Assembly (NCBI GenBank): GCA_963727445.1
Contig: CAVSGI010000006.1
Location: forward strand, 672,001 to 736,000
Direction: 5' to 3'
From: an uncultured delta proteobacterium
GTDB taxonomy: Bacteria; Myxococcota_A; Polyangia; Polyangiales; B10-G4
Length of the DNA: 64,000 nt
The notes under the pieces were generated by a model. It had not been told where the DNA came from. It was given only the letters and a program-made list of their open reading frames with translations, and did no database searches. Shown here in pieces: positions 24,016 through 35,422 of this stretch. Position 1 is the first letter of the stretch, and each line of letters begins with the position of its first letter. A program made the position numbers and the translations under genes.

Positions 24016-25458
24016 GTGAAGAGGCGACGAAGCCTCAGTACCTGGCTCCCGCAGGCAGTGGCCGTCGCCGGTCTGTCGCTGCTCGCGCTCTCGGCGTTGC
24101 CCTACGCGGTGGACGACGCTTTCATCGTCTTTCGCTACGCGGCCGACCTGGTGGCCGGCGCCGGCTGGACCTTCAACGCCGGCCGGACCCCGACCGACGG
24201 CGTGACCGGTCCATTGTGGCTCCTCCCCGCGCTCGCGGCGATCAGCGCTGGCCTGTCCCCGCTTTGGGTCGCGCGCGCCCTCGGCCTCCTCTCCGCCGCC
24301 GCGGCCGCGGCCATGGTCGTCGCCCGCTTGCGCCGCCGCTGCGGCGGAACCCGTGGGGCGTGGGTCGCGGCGGGCCTTCTGGCGGTCGCCCCGAACTTCG
24401 CCATCTGGTCCATCGCAGGCCTGTCCACCGGTCTCGCCGCGCTCCTCGCCACCGGCGCCGCGCTCGCCGCGACCCGCCGACCGTCGCCCCGTCCCGTCGT
24501 CCTCGGCGTCTGCATCGCGGCTCTCGCCTGGCTGCGTCCCGAGCTCGCGCCGTTCGCGCTCGTCCTCGTCGGGGGGACGGCGCTGCGCGACGTGCGACAG
24601 GGCGCCCTGGCGTTCGTGGTCGCGGCGCTCGGCGCCGGCGCGGTGGTGGGGTTGCGCCTGTGGCTCTTCGGCGATCCGCTGCCGCTGAGCTTCTACGCCA
24701 AGCCCGCGGACGTCTCGCTCGGCGCCAGCTATGCCGTCCGAGGTGCGCTCGTGATCACCGGCATCGGCGGGGCCGCGCTTCCCATCCTCGCCACGCTCCT
24801 CGGCCGGCGCGAGGAGCACCTCCTCGGGGTGGCTCTGTTCGCGCATCTGTTGGCCATCACTCTCGCCGGCGGGGATTGGATGCCCGGCTTCCGTCTCCAC
24901 GCCCCGGTCATCCCCGTCTACGCGCTTGTCGCCGGAGGGCTCTTCACCCGCCCCCCGCCGCAGCTCTTCGCGCCGAAAGCGCTCGCCGCCACCTGCCTCG
25001 GGATGGCGCTGCTCGTCCCCGGCCTCGACGCCTGGGCGGAAGTCCCGCGCGCCGCCGACGCGGGACGGATCCGGCGCACGGACGGCGCTCTGCTCGCGCG
25101 CCTGCTGTCCGAGAGCGGCGACTCGGTGGCGCTCCTCGACATCGGCTACCTCGGCTACGCCTCGGGCCTCGAGATCGTCGATCTCGGCGGCGTCACCGAT
25201 CCCGTCATCGCGCACGAGCGTGGCGGCCACGCCGACAAGGAGATCGATTTCGGCTACCTGGACCGGCGCCGCCCCGACCTCGTGGTCTTGAGCTCACGGG
25301 GCGCGCCGGTGGTGGCGGAGGACGGGCACGTGCGCCTACAGGGCGCGTTCCCGGTCGAGCATCGCCTCGCCCGCTCCGACTGGCTGGCGAGCGGGTATGC
25401 GATCCTGCGCGTCGTGCCCTACGGCGAAGGGCACTATGTCGTCTTCACGCGGCGGTGA
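24016..25458 (+). CDS. Polytopic membrane protein, probable GT-C glycosyltransferase (AftB-like)
   Basis: DDAFIVFRYA...GWTFN...GVTGPLW, RPE, GGDWM..FR and DLGGVTD motifs with many TM helices. Confidence 0.65.
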   Translation: MKRRRSLSTWLPQAVAVAGLSLLALSALPYAVDDAFIVFRYAADLVAGAGWTFNAGRTPTDGVTGPLWLLPALAAISAGLSPLWVARALGLLSAAAAAAMVVARLRRRCGGTRGAWVAAGLLAVAPNFAIWSIAGLSTGLAALLATGAALAATRRPSPRPVVLGVCIAALAWLRPELAPFALVLVGGTALRDVRQGALAFVVAALGAGAVVGLRLWLFGDPLPLSFYAKPADVSLGASYAVRGALVITGIGGAALPILATLLGRREEHLLGVALFAHLLAITLAGGDWMPGFRLHAPVIPVYALVAGGLFTRPPPQLFAPKALAATCLGMALLVPGLDAWAEVPRAADAGRIRRTDGALLARLLSESGDSVALLDIGYLGYASGLEIVDLGGVTDPVIAHERGGHADKEIDFGYLDRRRPDLVVLSSRGAPVVAEDGHVRLQGAFPVEHRLARSDWLASGYAILRVVPYGEGHYVVFTRR

Positions 25459-25533
25459 GTGAGCTCGAGACGCAGTCCCGGCTCAACACCTGTGCGCGTC
25501 ACTCCGAGGCGTGCGCTCCGGCGTCGCTCGCCT

Positions 25534-26991
25534 CTACTCGGCGGGCGGCGCCGGCGCTTCTTCGTTGCGGCCGGGGCTGTCGCGGCCTTCGGCGCGCTGG
25601 AGCGCCGTGCGGTCGCGGGGAGCCTGGAGCTGCTTGAGGAGCTGCGGCGGGAGCTGCAGGCGGCCGGGCGGGACGCCTGCGCCGGTCGGGGCCGCGGCGC
25701 CGGTCGCGCCCGGCGTGGGAGCTTCGCCTGCGGGGGGCGCCGGGATGGCGCCGGCAGCGTCGGCGAAGCTGACGCGGCCGAAGCGGTTGAGGGTGTGGAA
25801 GTCGCCCACGCGGGGCGGCGACCAGGCCACGGCGCGGACGCCCGCGTCGCCCGAACGGGCGTCCATCACGAAGAAGTTCATGCGCCAGGTGGCGCCCAGC
25901 TCGGGCTTGGTCCCGGGCGCGTCGCCGTTGACGAAGGCGGTCCAGGGGATGCGGAGCTCGGCGGTGTAGCCCTCGTCCGCTTCCTCGTCGTTGATGGTGC
26001 CTTCCGCTTCGGCAGCGGCCTCGATGTCCGGGTTCCAGTCGACGTGACCGAAAGGCTGCGGCTGACGCTGCGTGTCGTAGCGCGTCTCGAAGGTGACGCC
26101 GGAGGGTGAGACCTGCAGCTCGAAGTAGTTCCGGCCGTCGCCGTCGGGATCGACCATGACCTCGACCGTGTCCTGCTCCCAGAGGTGCTGGTCGCGGGTG
26201 TCGAAGCTGGAGCGCAGATAGTCGTCCTTCACGGTGAAGGCGACGTAGAGGTTGTCGTCGTCCCAGAGCGTCTTGACGGTGGACTCGGGCTCGGCCACCG
26301 CGCCGTTCATGGTGTTGACCAGGCGCGTGGTCGCCATGGCGGTGGACCACGCCTCCTCATCGAGCTTGCCGTCGATGTGGATGTCGGCGTCGGTCTTCTT
26401 GCTGATGAGCGAGGGCAGGGTGGGCGCGGGGGCAGGCGCGGCCTCCGCGACGTCGAGCTCGATGGCCTTGGCGCGGTTGTCGCCGTCGCTCGGACCCTCG
26501 GTCACCTGAAGGCGATGGGGGCCGTTCCACAGGCCGAGGTAGATGGTGGCCTTGTTCGAGTTCCAGTCCGTGGGCAGCGTCATCCGCTGCACGTCGCGAA
26601 TGTACTCGCCGGCCTTCCAACGGCCGGGGGGATAGAGCTGGCGGATCTCGCCCTCGTTGTCCTGGTTGAGCCGGTCGGCGCCGGCGGCATCGGTGAAGTG
26701 GGTGAAGGCACGCCAGCCTTCCTCGAGGGGACGCTTGCAGTGCCAGTACCAGGTGACCTCGAAGCTCTGGCCGGGACGCAGACTCTCGGTGTCGATGTCG
26801 TAACCGAGGAGCTCGATCTTGTTCTCGAAGGAGATGTCGAGGGGATGTTCGGGGCTCGGCGCTTCGCTGCTGACGAAGCCGCTGATTCGATCACGCTCGG
26901 CCTCGGTGAGCTCGGTGGATTTCTCGACGCAGCCAACAACGCTGATGGAGACGAGAGCGCTGATTACGGTCAGCGTTTGGATCCTCTTCAT
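25534..26991 (-). CDS. Lipoprotein with Ig-like N-domain and carbohydrate-binding family 9-like domain
   Basis: Lipobox VVGC; IHIDGKLDEEAW...WDDDNLYVAF...D.VEV..DPDGD...YFELQVSP...TAELRIPW. Confidence 0.8.
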   Translation of the reverse strand: MKRIQTLTVISALVSISVVGCVEKSTELTEAERDRISGFVSSEAPSPEHPLDISFENKIELLGYDIDTESLRPGQSFEVTWYWHCKRPLEEGWRAFTHFTDAAGADRLNQDNEGEIRQLYPPGRWKAGEYIRDVQRMTLPTDWNSNKATIYLGLWNGPHRLQVTEGPSDGDNRAKAIELDVAEAAPAPAPTLPSLISKKTDADIHIDGKLDEEAWSTAMATTRLVNTMNGAVAEPESTVKTLWDDDNLYVAFTVKDDYLRSSFDTRDQHLWEQDTVEVMVDPDGDGRNYFELQVSPSGVTFETRYDTQRQPQPFGHVDWNPDIEAAAEAEGTINDEEADEGYTAELRIPWTAFVNGDAPGTKPELGATWRMNFFVMDARSGDAGVRAVAWSPPRVGDFHTLNRFGRVSFADAAGAIPAPPAGEAPTPGATGAAAPTGAGVPPGRLQLPPQLLKQLQAPRDRTALQRAEGRDSPGRNEEAPAPPAE

Positions 26992-27004
26992 CGGGTCCTC
27001 ACTT

Positions 27005-28602
<1,598 letters not shown>

Positions 28603-28603
28603 G

Positions 28604-28636
28604 AAAAAGCCCCGCAATTGCCGGGGGTCGGGGCTT
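28604..28636 (-). promoter_or_regulatory. Terminator-like hairpin plus U-tract directly before the ffh ATG
   Basis: Minus strand reads AAGCCCCG-N14-CGGGGCTT-TTT-C-ATG. Confidence 0.45.
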
Positions 28637-28734
28637 AGCACGGGCCCCGGTGGGCCGGCAACCGCCGATGAGCCCGCTTTTCCCGATGGGAACGGCCTTC
28701 CGAAGCCCTCGTAGGGACGGGTATCATCTCGGTC

Positions 28735-28911
28735 ATGCCGGTCTGCAAGCAGTGTGGGGAGGAGGCGGACGAGCTACACGCCATCAAGGTGAGTGGCCGC
28801 CGCCGCCAGGTCTGCGAGGATTGCGTCGAGCTCATCGAAGAGGAGCAGGCGATCGCCGAGGAGTCCGAAGCCGTCGTCCAACAGATGATGGGCTACAAAG
28901 GCCGCAGGTAA
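28735..28911 (+). CDS. Small 58-aa putative zinc-binding protein (CxxC-x19-CxxC), not in the ORF track
   Basis: MPVCKQCGEEADELHAIKVSGRRRQVCEDCVELIEEEQAIAEESEAVVQQMMGYKGRR*, with GC3-rich codon usage like neighbouring genes. Confidence 0.75.
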   Translation: MPVCKQCGEEADELHAIKVSGRRRQVCEDCVELIEEEQAIAEESEAVVQQMMGYKGRR

Positions 28912-28925
28912 TATCGACCCACCCG

Positions 28926-29010
28926 CCCCTCCCCAAGTCCTCCCCGAGGGGGGCACCCCTCGGAGCACCCCGCGGCGCCTCGCTTCGCTCTGCGCCGCCT
29001 CGCTTCGCTC
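28926..29010. repeat. REP-like intergenic element
   Basis: Hairpin CCGAGGGG-GGCA-CCCCTCGG (28944-28963) and two copies of GCCTCGCTTCGCTC 20 bp apart. Confidence 0.55.
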
Positions 29011-29058
29011 GGTTGAGCCCTTGCCAGGGGGCGCGTGTGGCGAGATGGTGCCCGTCCC

Positions 29059-31768
29059 ATGGCCGATCCGCGCCTGCCCCCGCCCGGGGATGAGGAGGCA
29101 CTCTACGTCCTCGACGTGAGTGGCTACGTCTTTCGGGCCTATCACGCCCTGCCGCCCCTCTCGACCTCGCGCGGCGAGCCGACCCACGCGGTCCACGGCT
29201 TCACCAACATGCTCCTGAAGATGATCAAGGAGCAGAAGCCGGTGTACCTGGCCATCGCGGTCGACCCGGTGGCGCCCTCGTTCCGCAAGGAGATCTTTCC
29301 CGAGTACAAGGCGACCCGCAAGGAGACGCCGCCCGACCTGCACCAGCAGCGTGACAGATGCTTCGAGGTCGCGCGGGCCTACCGCATCCCCATGCTCGGC
29401 GCCGAAGAGATGGAGGCGGACGACGTGATCGCCACCGTCGTGAAGAAAGCGCGCGAAAAGGGTCTCAAGGTCGTCATCTCGAGCGCGGACAAGGATCTGC
29501 TCCAGCTCGTGGGCGACGGCGTCGTGATGTGGGACACGATGCGCGACAAGGTCTACGACCCGGACGAGGCGAAGAAGAAGATGGGCGTGCCGCCCTCGCA
29601 GCTGCGCGACTACCTCGCGCTGGTGGGCGACAGCTCCGACAACGTGCCGGGCGTCAAGCGGGTGGGGCCGAAGACCGCGGTCCAGCTCCTCGAGGCCTAC
29701 GGGGACCTCGACGGCATCTACGCGCACCTCGAAGAGGTGCAGAAGAAGTCGATCAAGAAGACCCTCGAAGAGCACAAGGACGAGGCCTACCTGTCTCAGA
29801 AGTTGGTGACGCTCCGAGACGACGTGGACGTCGAGCTCGACCTCGAGAAGCTGCGCTGGACGGGCGGCGAGCCCGATGTGCTGCGGCCGCTCTTCACCGA
29901 GCTCGAGTTCCACCGGCTGCTCAAGGAGCTGGCCCCGGCGCCGCCCAAGGTCGCGCCGGCTCAGGATCTGCGCATCGTCTCGACGGCGGGCGAGCTCGAA
30001 CAGATCGCGGCGACGCTCCGCGAAGCGGGGCGCATGGTGGCCTTCGTCGCGGTGGACGATCAGGACTCGCTCCACGGCGAGCTGGTGGGCTTCGGCCTGT
30101 CGGCGGGGGGCGACGTCGCGTGGTACGTGCCGCTCGGCCACCGTTATCTCGGCGCCCCCGAACAGCTCTCGGTGCCGGCGGCGCTCGAAGTCCTCGGCCC
30201 GCTCTTCGAGGACGCGGCGCTCCCGAAGATCTCGAGCGACGTCAAAGGGGACGAGACCATCCTGTCGCGTCACGGAGTGACCCTCTGCGGCGTGCACTTC
30301 GACACGACCATCGCGAGCTATCTGCTCGAAGCGGGCAAGCACGCCCACGACCTGCCCAACGTGGCGCGCGAGGAGCTCGGCCAGGAGGTGCCGGACTTCC
30401 TGACCATCGTCGGCAAGACGAAGAAGCACCGCCAGGCCCTGCATCAGGTCGAGGTGGAGCGCGGCCGCGACTACGCCGCCCGAAGCGCGGCGGTGACGGC
30501 GGCCATCGCCGACACCTTCACGCCGCGGATCGAGAGCGAGGGGATGGGCTCGCTCATGAACGACATGGAGCTGCCCCTGGCGCACGTGCTGTCGGTGATG
30601 GAGCGGACGGGGATTCAGCGTCGACGTCCCGCACCTGAACCAGATGGGGCGCGAGCTCGGCGCCGAGCTCGGGCGCCTCGAGAAACGCTGCTACGAGCTG
30701 GCGGGCAAGGAGTTCAACGTCGGCTCGCCGCGGCAGCTCGAAACCATCCTCTTCGACGACCTCGGCCTGCCCGTCATCAAGCGCACCAAGACCTCGCGCT
30801 CCACCGACCACGAGGTCCTCGAACAGCTCGCCGAAGAGCACGACCTGCCCGCCGCCATCGTCGAGCACCGCCAGCTCGCCAAGCTCAAGAGCACCTACCT
30901 CGACGCGCTGCCCAAACAGGTCGATGCCGACACCGGCCGGGTGCATACCGTCTACAACCAGGCGGTCGCCGCCACCGGACGCCTCTCCTCGAGCGATCCC
31001 AACCTCCAGAACATCCCGATCCGCACCGAGATCGGCCGTCGCATCCGTGACGCCTTCATCCCGCGCGAGGGCTGGTCGCTCCTGAGCGCCGACTATTCGC
31101 AGATCGAGCTCCGGGTTCTCGCGCACCTCAGTCACGACCCCGAGTTGGTCGAGGCTTTCCGCGGCATCGGCGACGACGTCCACGTGCGCACCGCGACCTC
31201 GATCTTCGAAGTGCCCGCGAGCGAGGTCACCCGCGAGCAGCGCGGCGCCGCCAAGACCGTGAACTACGCGGTGATCTACGGGCAGAGCGACTTCGCCCTC
31301 GGGCGCAACCTCAAGATCGAGAAGAAGGAGGCGCGTCGCTACATCGACGCCTTCTTCGCGCGCTACGCCGGCGTCAAGACGTACATGGACGAGATCATCG
31401 ACGAGGCGCGTCGCACCGGCGGGACCCGCACCATCCTCGGCCGCCGCCGCATGCTCCCCGACCTGCGCAGCAAGAACTTCCGGCTGCGCTCGGCCGCGGA
31501 GCGCGTCGCCCGCAACACGCCCATCCAAGGGAGCGCCGCCGACGTGATGAAGATCGCGATGGTGCGCATCCAGAAGCAGCTCGAAGAGGAGAGCCTCGAG
31601 AGCCGCATGCTCCTCACCGTGCACGACGAGCTGGTCTTCGAAGCGCCCCAGAGCGAGAAGGCCCACCTCGAAGCGCTGGTGCTCCACCACATGCAGACCG
31701 CGATGAAGCTCGAGGTGCCGCTCGTGGTCGATCACGGGTGGGGCGAGACGTGGGGTAGGGCGCACTGA
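29059..31768 (+). CDS. polA: DNA polymerase I (single indel near 30617)
   Basis: 5'-3' exonuclease (FRAYHA, EADDVI, DKDL, GDSSDN.PGV) and polymerase motifs (TGRLSSSDPNLQNIP, ADYSQIELR, AK.VN..VIYG, QGSAAD, VHDEL). Confidence 0.97.
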
Positions 31769-32571
31769 TGCTGGTGGACTCCCGCTGCGGGCGTCTCTTC
31801 GTCCAGGAGCTGGGAGAGGGCCCGCCGGTCGTTCTGTGGCACTCGGTTCTCTGCGACACCGGGATGTGGAGGGGACAGCTCCCCGTCCTCGGTGAGCGTC
31901 ATCGGGTGCTCTCGGTCGACGGACCGGGCCATGGGCGGAGCGCCCCCACGCGCAGCGCCTACACCATGGACGATTGCGTGGAGGCGGCCCTCGATGTCCT
32001 CGAGGCCAGTGGCGTCGATCGCTGCGCCTGGGTGGGGCTTTCGTGGGGCGGCATGGTGGGGATGCGGCTCGCCGCCCGTCACCCCGAGCGCGTCGCGGCG
32101 CTGGTGCTGATGGACACCTCGGCCCACGCGGAGCCGCGCCTCAAGAAGGTGTCCTACCGGCCGCTGGTGGCCATCTCGCAGCGGCTCGGGCCGGTGCGGC
32201 CCCTGTGCGAGGTGGTCGCGCGCATCATGATGGCGCCCGAGACCTTCGCGCAGGCGCCGGCGCGGGTCGAGGGCTTCATTCAGACCCTCATGCGGATGGA
32301 CCCGGAGTCCATCGCGCACGTGATCGACGCCATCGTCTTCCACCGTGACGACTGCACGCCGGAGCTGTCGAAGATCCGGGCTCCGACCCTGGTGGTGGTG
32401 GGCGAGCAGGACGGGGCGACCCCCGTAGGGGAAGCCGAGCATCTGGTGCGACAGATCCGGGGGGCCCGCTTCGTGCGCATCCCCGACGCAGGACATCTGA
32501 GCGCCTACGAGCAGCCGGAGCGGGTCAACGCGGCCCTGCTCGCTTTTCTGCAGGACAACCTCGAACAATAG
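31768..32571 (+). CDS. Alpha/beta fold hydrolase (enol-lactonase-like)
   Basis: DGPGHGRS, nucleophile elbow GLSWGG, GEQD and AGH. Start overlaps the polA stop. Confidence 0.88.
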   Translation: MLVDSRCGRLFVQELGEGPPVVLWHSVLCDTGMWRGQLPVLGERHRVLSVDGPGHGRSAPTRSAYTMDDCVEAALDVLEASGVDRCAWVGLSWGGMVGMRLAARHPERVAALVLMDTSAHAEPRLKKVSYRPLVAISQRLGPVRPLCEVVARIMMAPETFAQAPARVEGFIQTLMRMDPESIAHVIDAIVFHRDDCTPELSKIRAPTLVVVGEQDGATPVGEAEHLVRQIRGARFVRIPDAGHLSAYEQPERVNAALLAFLQDNLEQ

Positions 32572-32796
32572 AGAGTTGGCGCTCAGGCGCGCCGGTGTTA
32601 GCTTTGGGGACCTCGACGCCCAACTGGGGCGAGGGTGGCCCAGCCGGGGCCACCGACACGATGCCGAAGTGCGCAGCGTGCGAGAAACACGGGCTGCGTG
32701 ACGCATCGAAAATTACGAGGACTTCTCCGCGGCAGATCCGCGGTGATTGAGGGGCGCCCTTTTCGGAGGGCGTCCGCCGGAAAGAGAGAGAGATTC

Positions 32797-33087
32797 GTGA
32801 GCAGACTATTCGTTGGTGGGCTGAGCTGGGATACGTCGGATGATGGACTTCGTGCGGCCTTCGAAGAGTTCGGCGGTGTCGTCGAAGCCAAGGTGATCAC
32901 GGACCGGGACACCGGTCGCTCGCGGGGCTTCGGCTTCGTGACGATGGAAAACCGCGATGCCGCGCAGAAGGCGAAGGAAGCCATGGACGGCGCGACCCTC
33001 GACGGTCGCTCCATTCGCGTCGACGAGGCCCACGAGCGCAGCCGCGGTGGCGGCGGCGGCGGCGGTGGGGGTCGAGGCCGCTACTAG
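32797..33087 (+). CDS. RRM (RNP-1) RNA-binding protein with Gly/Arg-rich tail
   Basis: RLFVGGL (RNP2), RSRGFGFVTM (RNP1), ending GGGGRGRY*. GTG start at 32797. Confidence 0.95.
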   Translation: MSRLFVGGLSWDTSDDGLRAAFEEFGGVVEAKVITDRDTGRSRGFGFVTMENRDAAQKAKEAMDGATLDGRSIRVDEAHERSRGGGGGGGGGRGRY

Positions 33088-33480
33088 CGGCCGAGACCTA
33101 CCCGAAGTGCTCGAGGACGCTCGGAGGGGAGCGCGCAAGCGCAGCGGCGCCGGAGGCGACGCGCAGCTGGAGCGCGCCCCGTAGAGTGCCCTCGAGCCGG
33201 ATTGGGGGGTCGAGGCCGGTACTAGCGGCCGAGACCTACCCGAAGTGCTCGAGGACGCTCGGAGGGGAGCGCGCAAGCGCAGCGGCGCCGGAGGCGACGC
33301 GCAGCTGGAGCGCGCCCCGTAGAGTGCCCTCGAGCCGGATTCGGGGGTCGAGGCCGGTACTAGCGGCCGAGACCTACCCGAAGTGCTCGAGGACGCTCGG
33401 AGGGGAGCGCGCAAGCGCAGCGGCGCCGGAGGCGACGCGCAGCTGGAGCGCGCCCCGTAGAGTGCCCTCGAGCCGGATTG
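33067..33480. repeat. Tandem array, 3 x 138 bp, nearly identical and highly structured
   Basis: GTCGAGGCCG recurs at 33071, 33209 and 33347. Units differ at only 1-2 positions. Confidence 0.95.
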
Positions 33481-33506
33481 CCATCACCGGCCCCCACCGG
33501 GCCCGG

Positions 33507-34703
33507 CTAGGCCGTACCGAGGAGTCGCCTCAGGACCCGGACGGGCAGCGCGCCATCGTCCGGCCTGAGACGGCTGTCCTTGCCGAAACGCAGCTTCTCA
33601 CCGCGCCACTGAACGGAGCGGGAGAAGATGCTGTGAAACCACACCGCGCCCATGAGCGTGTCCTTCAGCGGGGCCAGGGCGAGGTAGCGCAGACGCATCG
33701 GCTCGTCTCGCAACAGCCGGATGGCGTACGCGTCACCCGCGATCTTGAGCATCGCCACGATGCCCCAGATGGCCGCGAAGCGCGGGTCGAAGCCGCTCAC
33801 GATGAGCGCCAGCGCGCAGAGGGCGTTGGGGTTCGCGGCCAGGTCGCCGACGAAGCCGCCGACGTGGATCACCGCGCGCATCTTGAGCCAGCGGCCGTGG
33901 CGCGAGAGGAACTGACGCGTGTGGATCGCGTGGTTCACGTTCTCGATGGTGGTGGCCGACAGGAGCACCTTCTTGCCGAGGCGCTGGTAAGCCCGGCCGA
34001 GGATGAAGTCTTCGGCGAGGATGTCGCGGACGCTTTCGAGACCGCCGGCCTCGTCCAGCTCCCGGCGTGACAGGAGCATGGACTTGCCGACCACGCAGCT
34101 GATGCCCGCAAGGTGCAGGGCGGTGGCCATCGCCGGGGTGATGAAGCAGGTGAGCTGCAGGTTCTCGAGAGCGGCGCCGACCGAGCGCTCTCCCGAGCCC
34201 ACCACCATGCTGGTGAGGAGCGAGGCGCCGGTGGACTGCATCTCGCCGACCACCCGACGCAAGTAGTCCGGGCGCAGTCGCACGTTGGCGTCGGACTGCA
34301 GGATCAGGTCGTAGCGCGCGGCCTTCTTCGCGCCTTGGAGGTTCGCCACCTTGGGGTTGAGACCGAAGCTCGCGTCGCTGCGGACGAAACGAACGTCCCA
34401 CTCGGGATGTCGCGCGGCGACCGCGCGGGCCACCGCCATCCCGGGATCGTCCGCCTCGGTGGAGGCGAAGATGATCTCCATCGCGCCCGGGTAGTCCTGG
34501 GCAAAGACGCTCTCGAGGTTCTCCTCGAGGCCTTCCTCGAGGCCCTTGATGGGCTTGAGCAGGGAGACGGGCGGGGCGTCTGCGCCGAGGTCGCTCGGCG
34601 GCGCCAGCCGAACGTGATGCCGTGTGCAGACAAGCCCGACGCCGAAGAAGAGGAGGGCACCGGCGGCGACGGCGAGGAGCACCCATGCGGCGGTGACGAA
34701 CAC
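33507..34703 (-). CDS. Glycosyltransferase family 21 (ceramide glucosyltransferase / HpnI-like)
   Basis: VSLLKP, QDYP, NPKVANL, SDAN, GKSM, LAEDF and RHGRW with N- and C-terminal TM segments. Confidence 0.88.
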   Translation of the reverse strand: MFVTAAWVLLAVAAGALLFFGVGLVCTRHHVRLAPPSDLGADAPPVSLLKPIKGLEEGLEENLESVFAQDYPGAMEIIFASTEADDPGMAVARAVAARHPEWDVRFVRSDASFGLNPKVANLQGAKKAARYDLILQSDANVRLRPDYLRRVVGEMQSTGASLLTSMVVGSGERSVGAALENLQLTCFITPAMATALHLAGISCVVGKSMLLSRRELDEAGGLESVRDILAEDFILGRAYQRLGKKVLLSATTIENVNHAIHTRQFLSRHGRWLKMRAVIHVGGFVGDLAANPNALCALALIVSGFDPRFAAIWGIVAMLKIAGDAYAIRLLRDEPMRLRYLALAPLKDTLMGAVWFHSIFSRSVQWRGEKLRFGKDSRLRPDDGALPVRVLRRLLGTA

Positions 34704-34885
34704 AGCGGGCCGAAGATGGCATGGGCACTTTGGCCGGGCAACAATGCCGGGGCCCGTAAAGACGCTGAATTACAATCTGTTACATTTGCGCCGGCGTCGC
34801 GTTGCCGAGCCGTTTCGAGATCGCCTTTGGGGCGAGCGGCGGCGCACTCTTGGTCAAGTGACCCTGCCCGCCGCGAGGCCTTCTC

Positions 34886-35422
34886 CTAGAAACAGCCCGC
34901 GAGGCAGGTCCGGTGCTCGATCTCGCAAGCCTCTCGGCAGCCGCCATAGGGCTCGTCGCAGCGGCGGATGCAGGTGTACCAGCGCGGATCGCAGACGCCG
35001 CTGCACTGATGGTCCGGGTTGGGCGGGGAGGGCAGCCGCTCCTCGTCGCGCGGTGGCGTCGCGGCGGTGGACTCGTCCGCACCCTCGGCGTCCATCACGT
35101 CTTCGCTCATCACCAGGTACGACGCCGTGTAGGAGGTGCCGAGCTGCGCGGAGGGGATGCCGGGCATCGCCGTGACCTCTCCACCCGAGAGGCGGGCGCG
35201 CGCATAGGCGAGGCGCTCGGGACTCTGCCCGAGCGTGTAGTGGTGGAGCCAGACCGTCCAACACTCGTGGCGTTGATCAGGCGTGACCGAGGTGTCGTAG
35301 TCGGCGCTGTGGCAACGCTCGAAGAAAGTGTTCGACTGGTGCACCATGCGGAGGCTGGGGGCGCAACCCAGCGCGCCTGCCGCGAGCAGGAGGAGCCCAC
35401 CAAGACCGAGGACGCCACGCAT
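34886..35422 (-). CDS. Hypothetical Cys-rich lipoprotein
   Basis: Lipobox ALGC and a C-terminal C-x3-C repeat cluster. Confidence 0.7.
   Translation of the reverse strand: MRGVLGLGGLLLLAAGALGCAPSLRMVHQSNTFFERCHSADYDTSVTPDQRHECWTVWLHHYTLGQSPERLAYARARLSGGEVTAMPGIPSAQLGTSYTASYLVMSEDVMDAEGADESTAATPPRDEERLPSPPNPDHQCSGVCDPRWYTCIRRCDEPYGGCREACEIEHRTCLAGCF

Noticed and set aside
28603..28734. SRP (4.5S) RNA next to ffh
   Set aside because: The conserved domain IV motif (CAGG...GGAA...GCAGC) was not seen on either strand.
33067..33480. CRISPR array
   Set aside because: Whole 138-bp units are near-identical, with no unique spacers and no cas genes in the window.
32806..34070. Repeat-encoded proteins (ORFs 32806-33414 minus and 33186-34070 plus)
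   Set aside because: They are open only because 138 is divisible by 3. They overlap real genes antisense and show no gene-like features.
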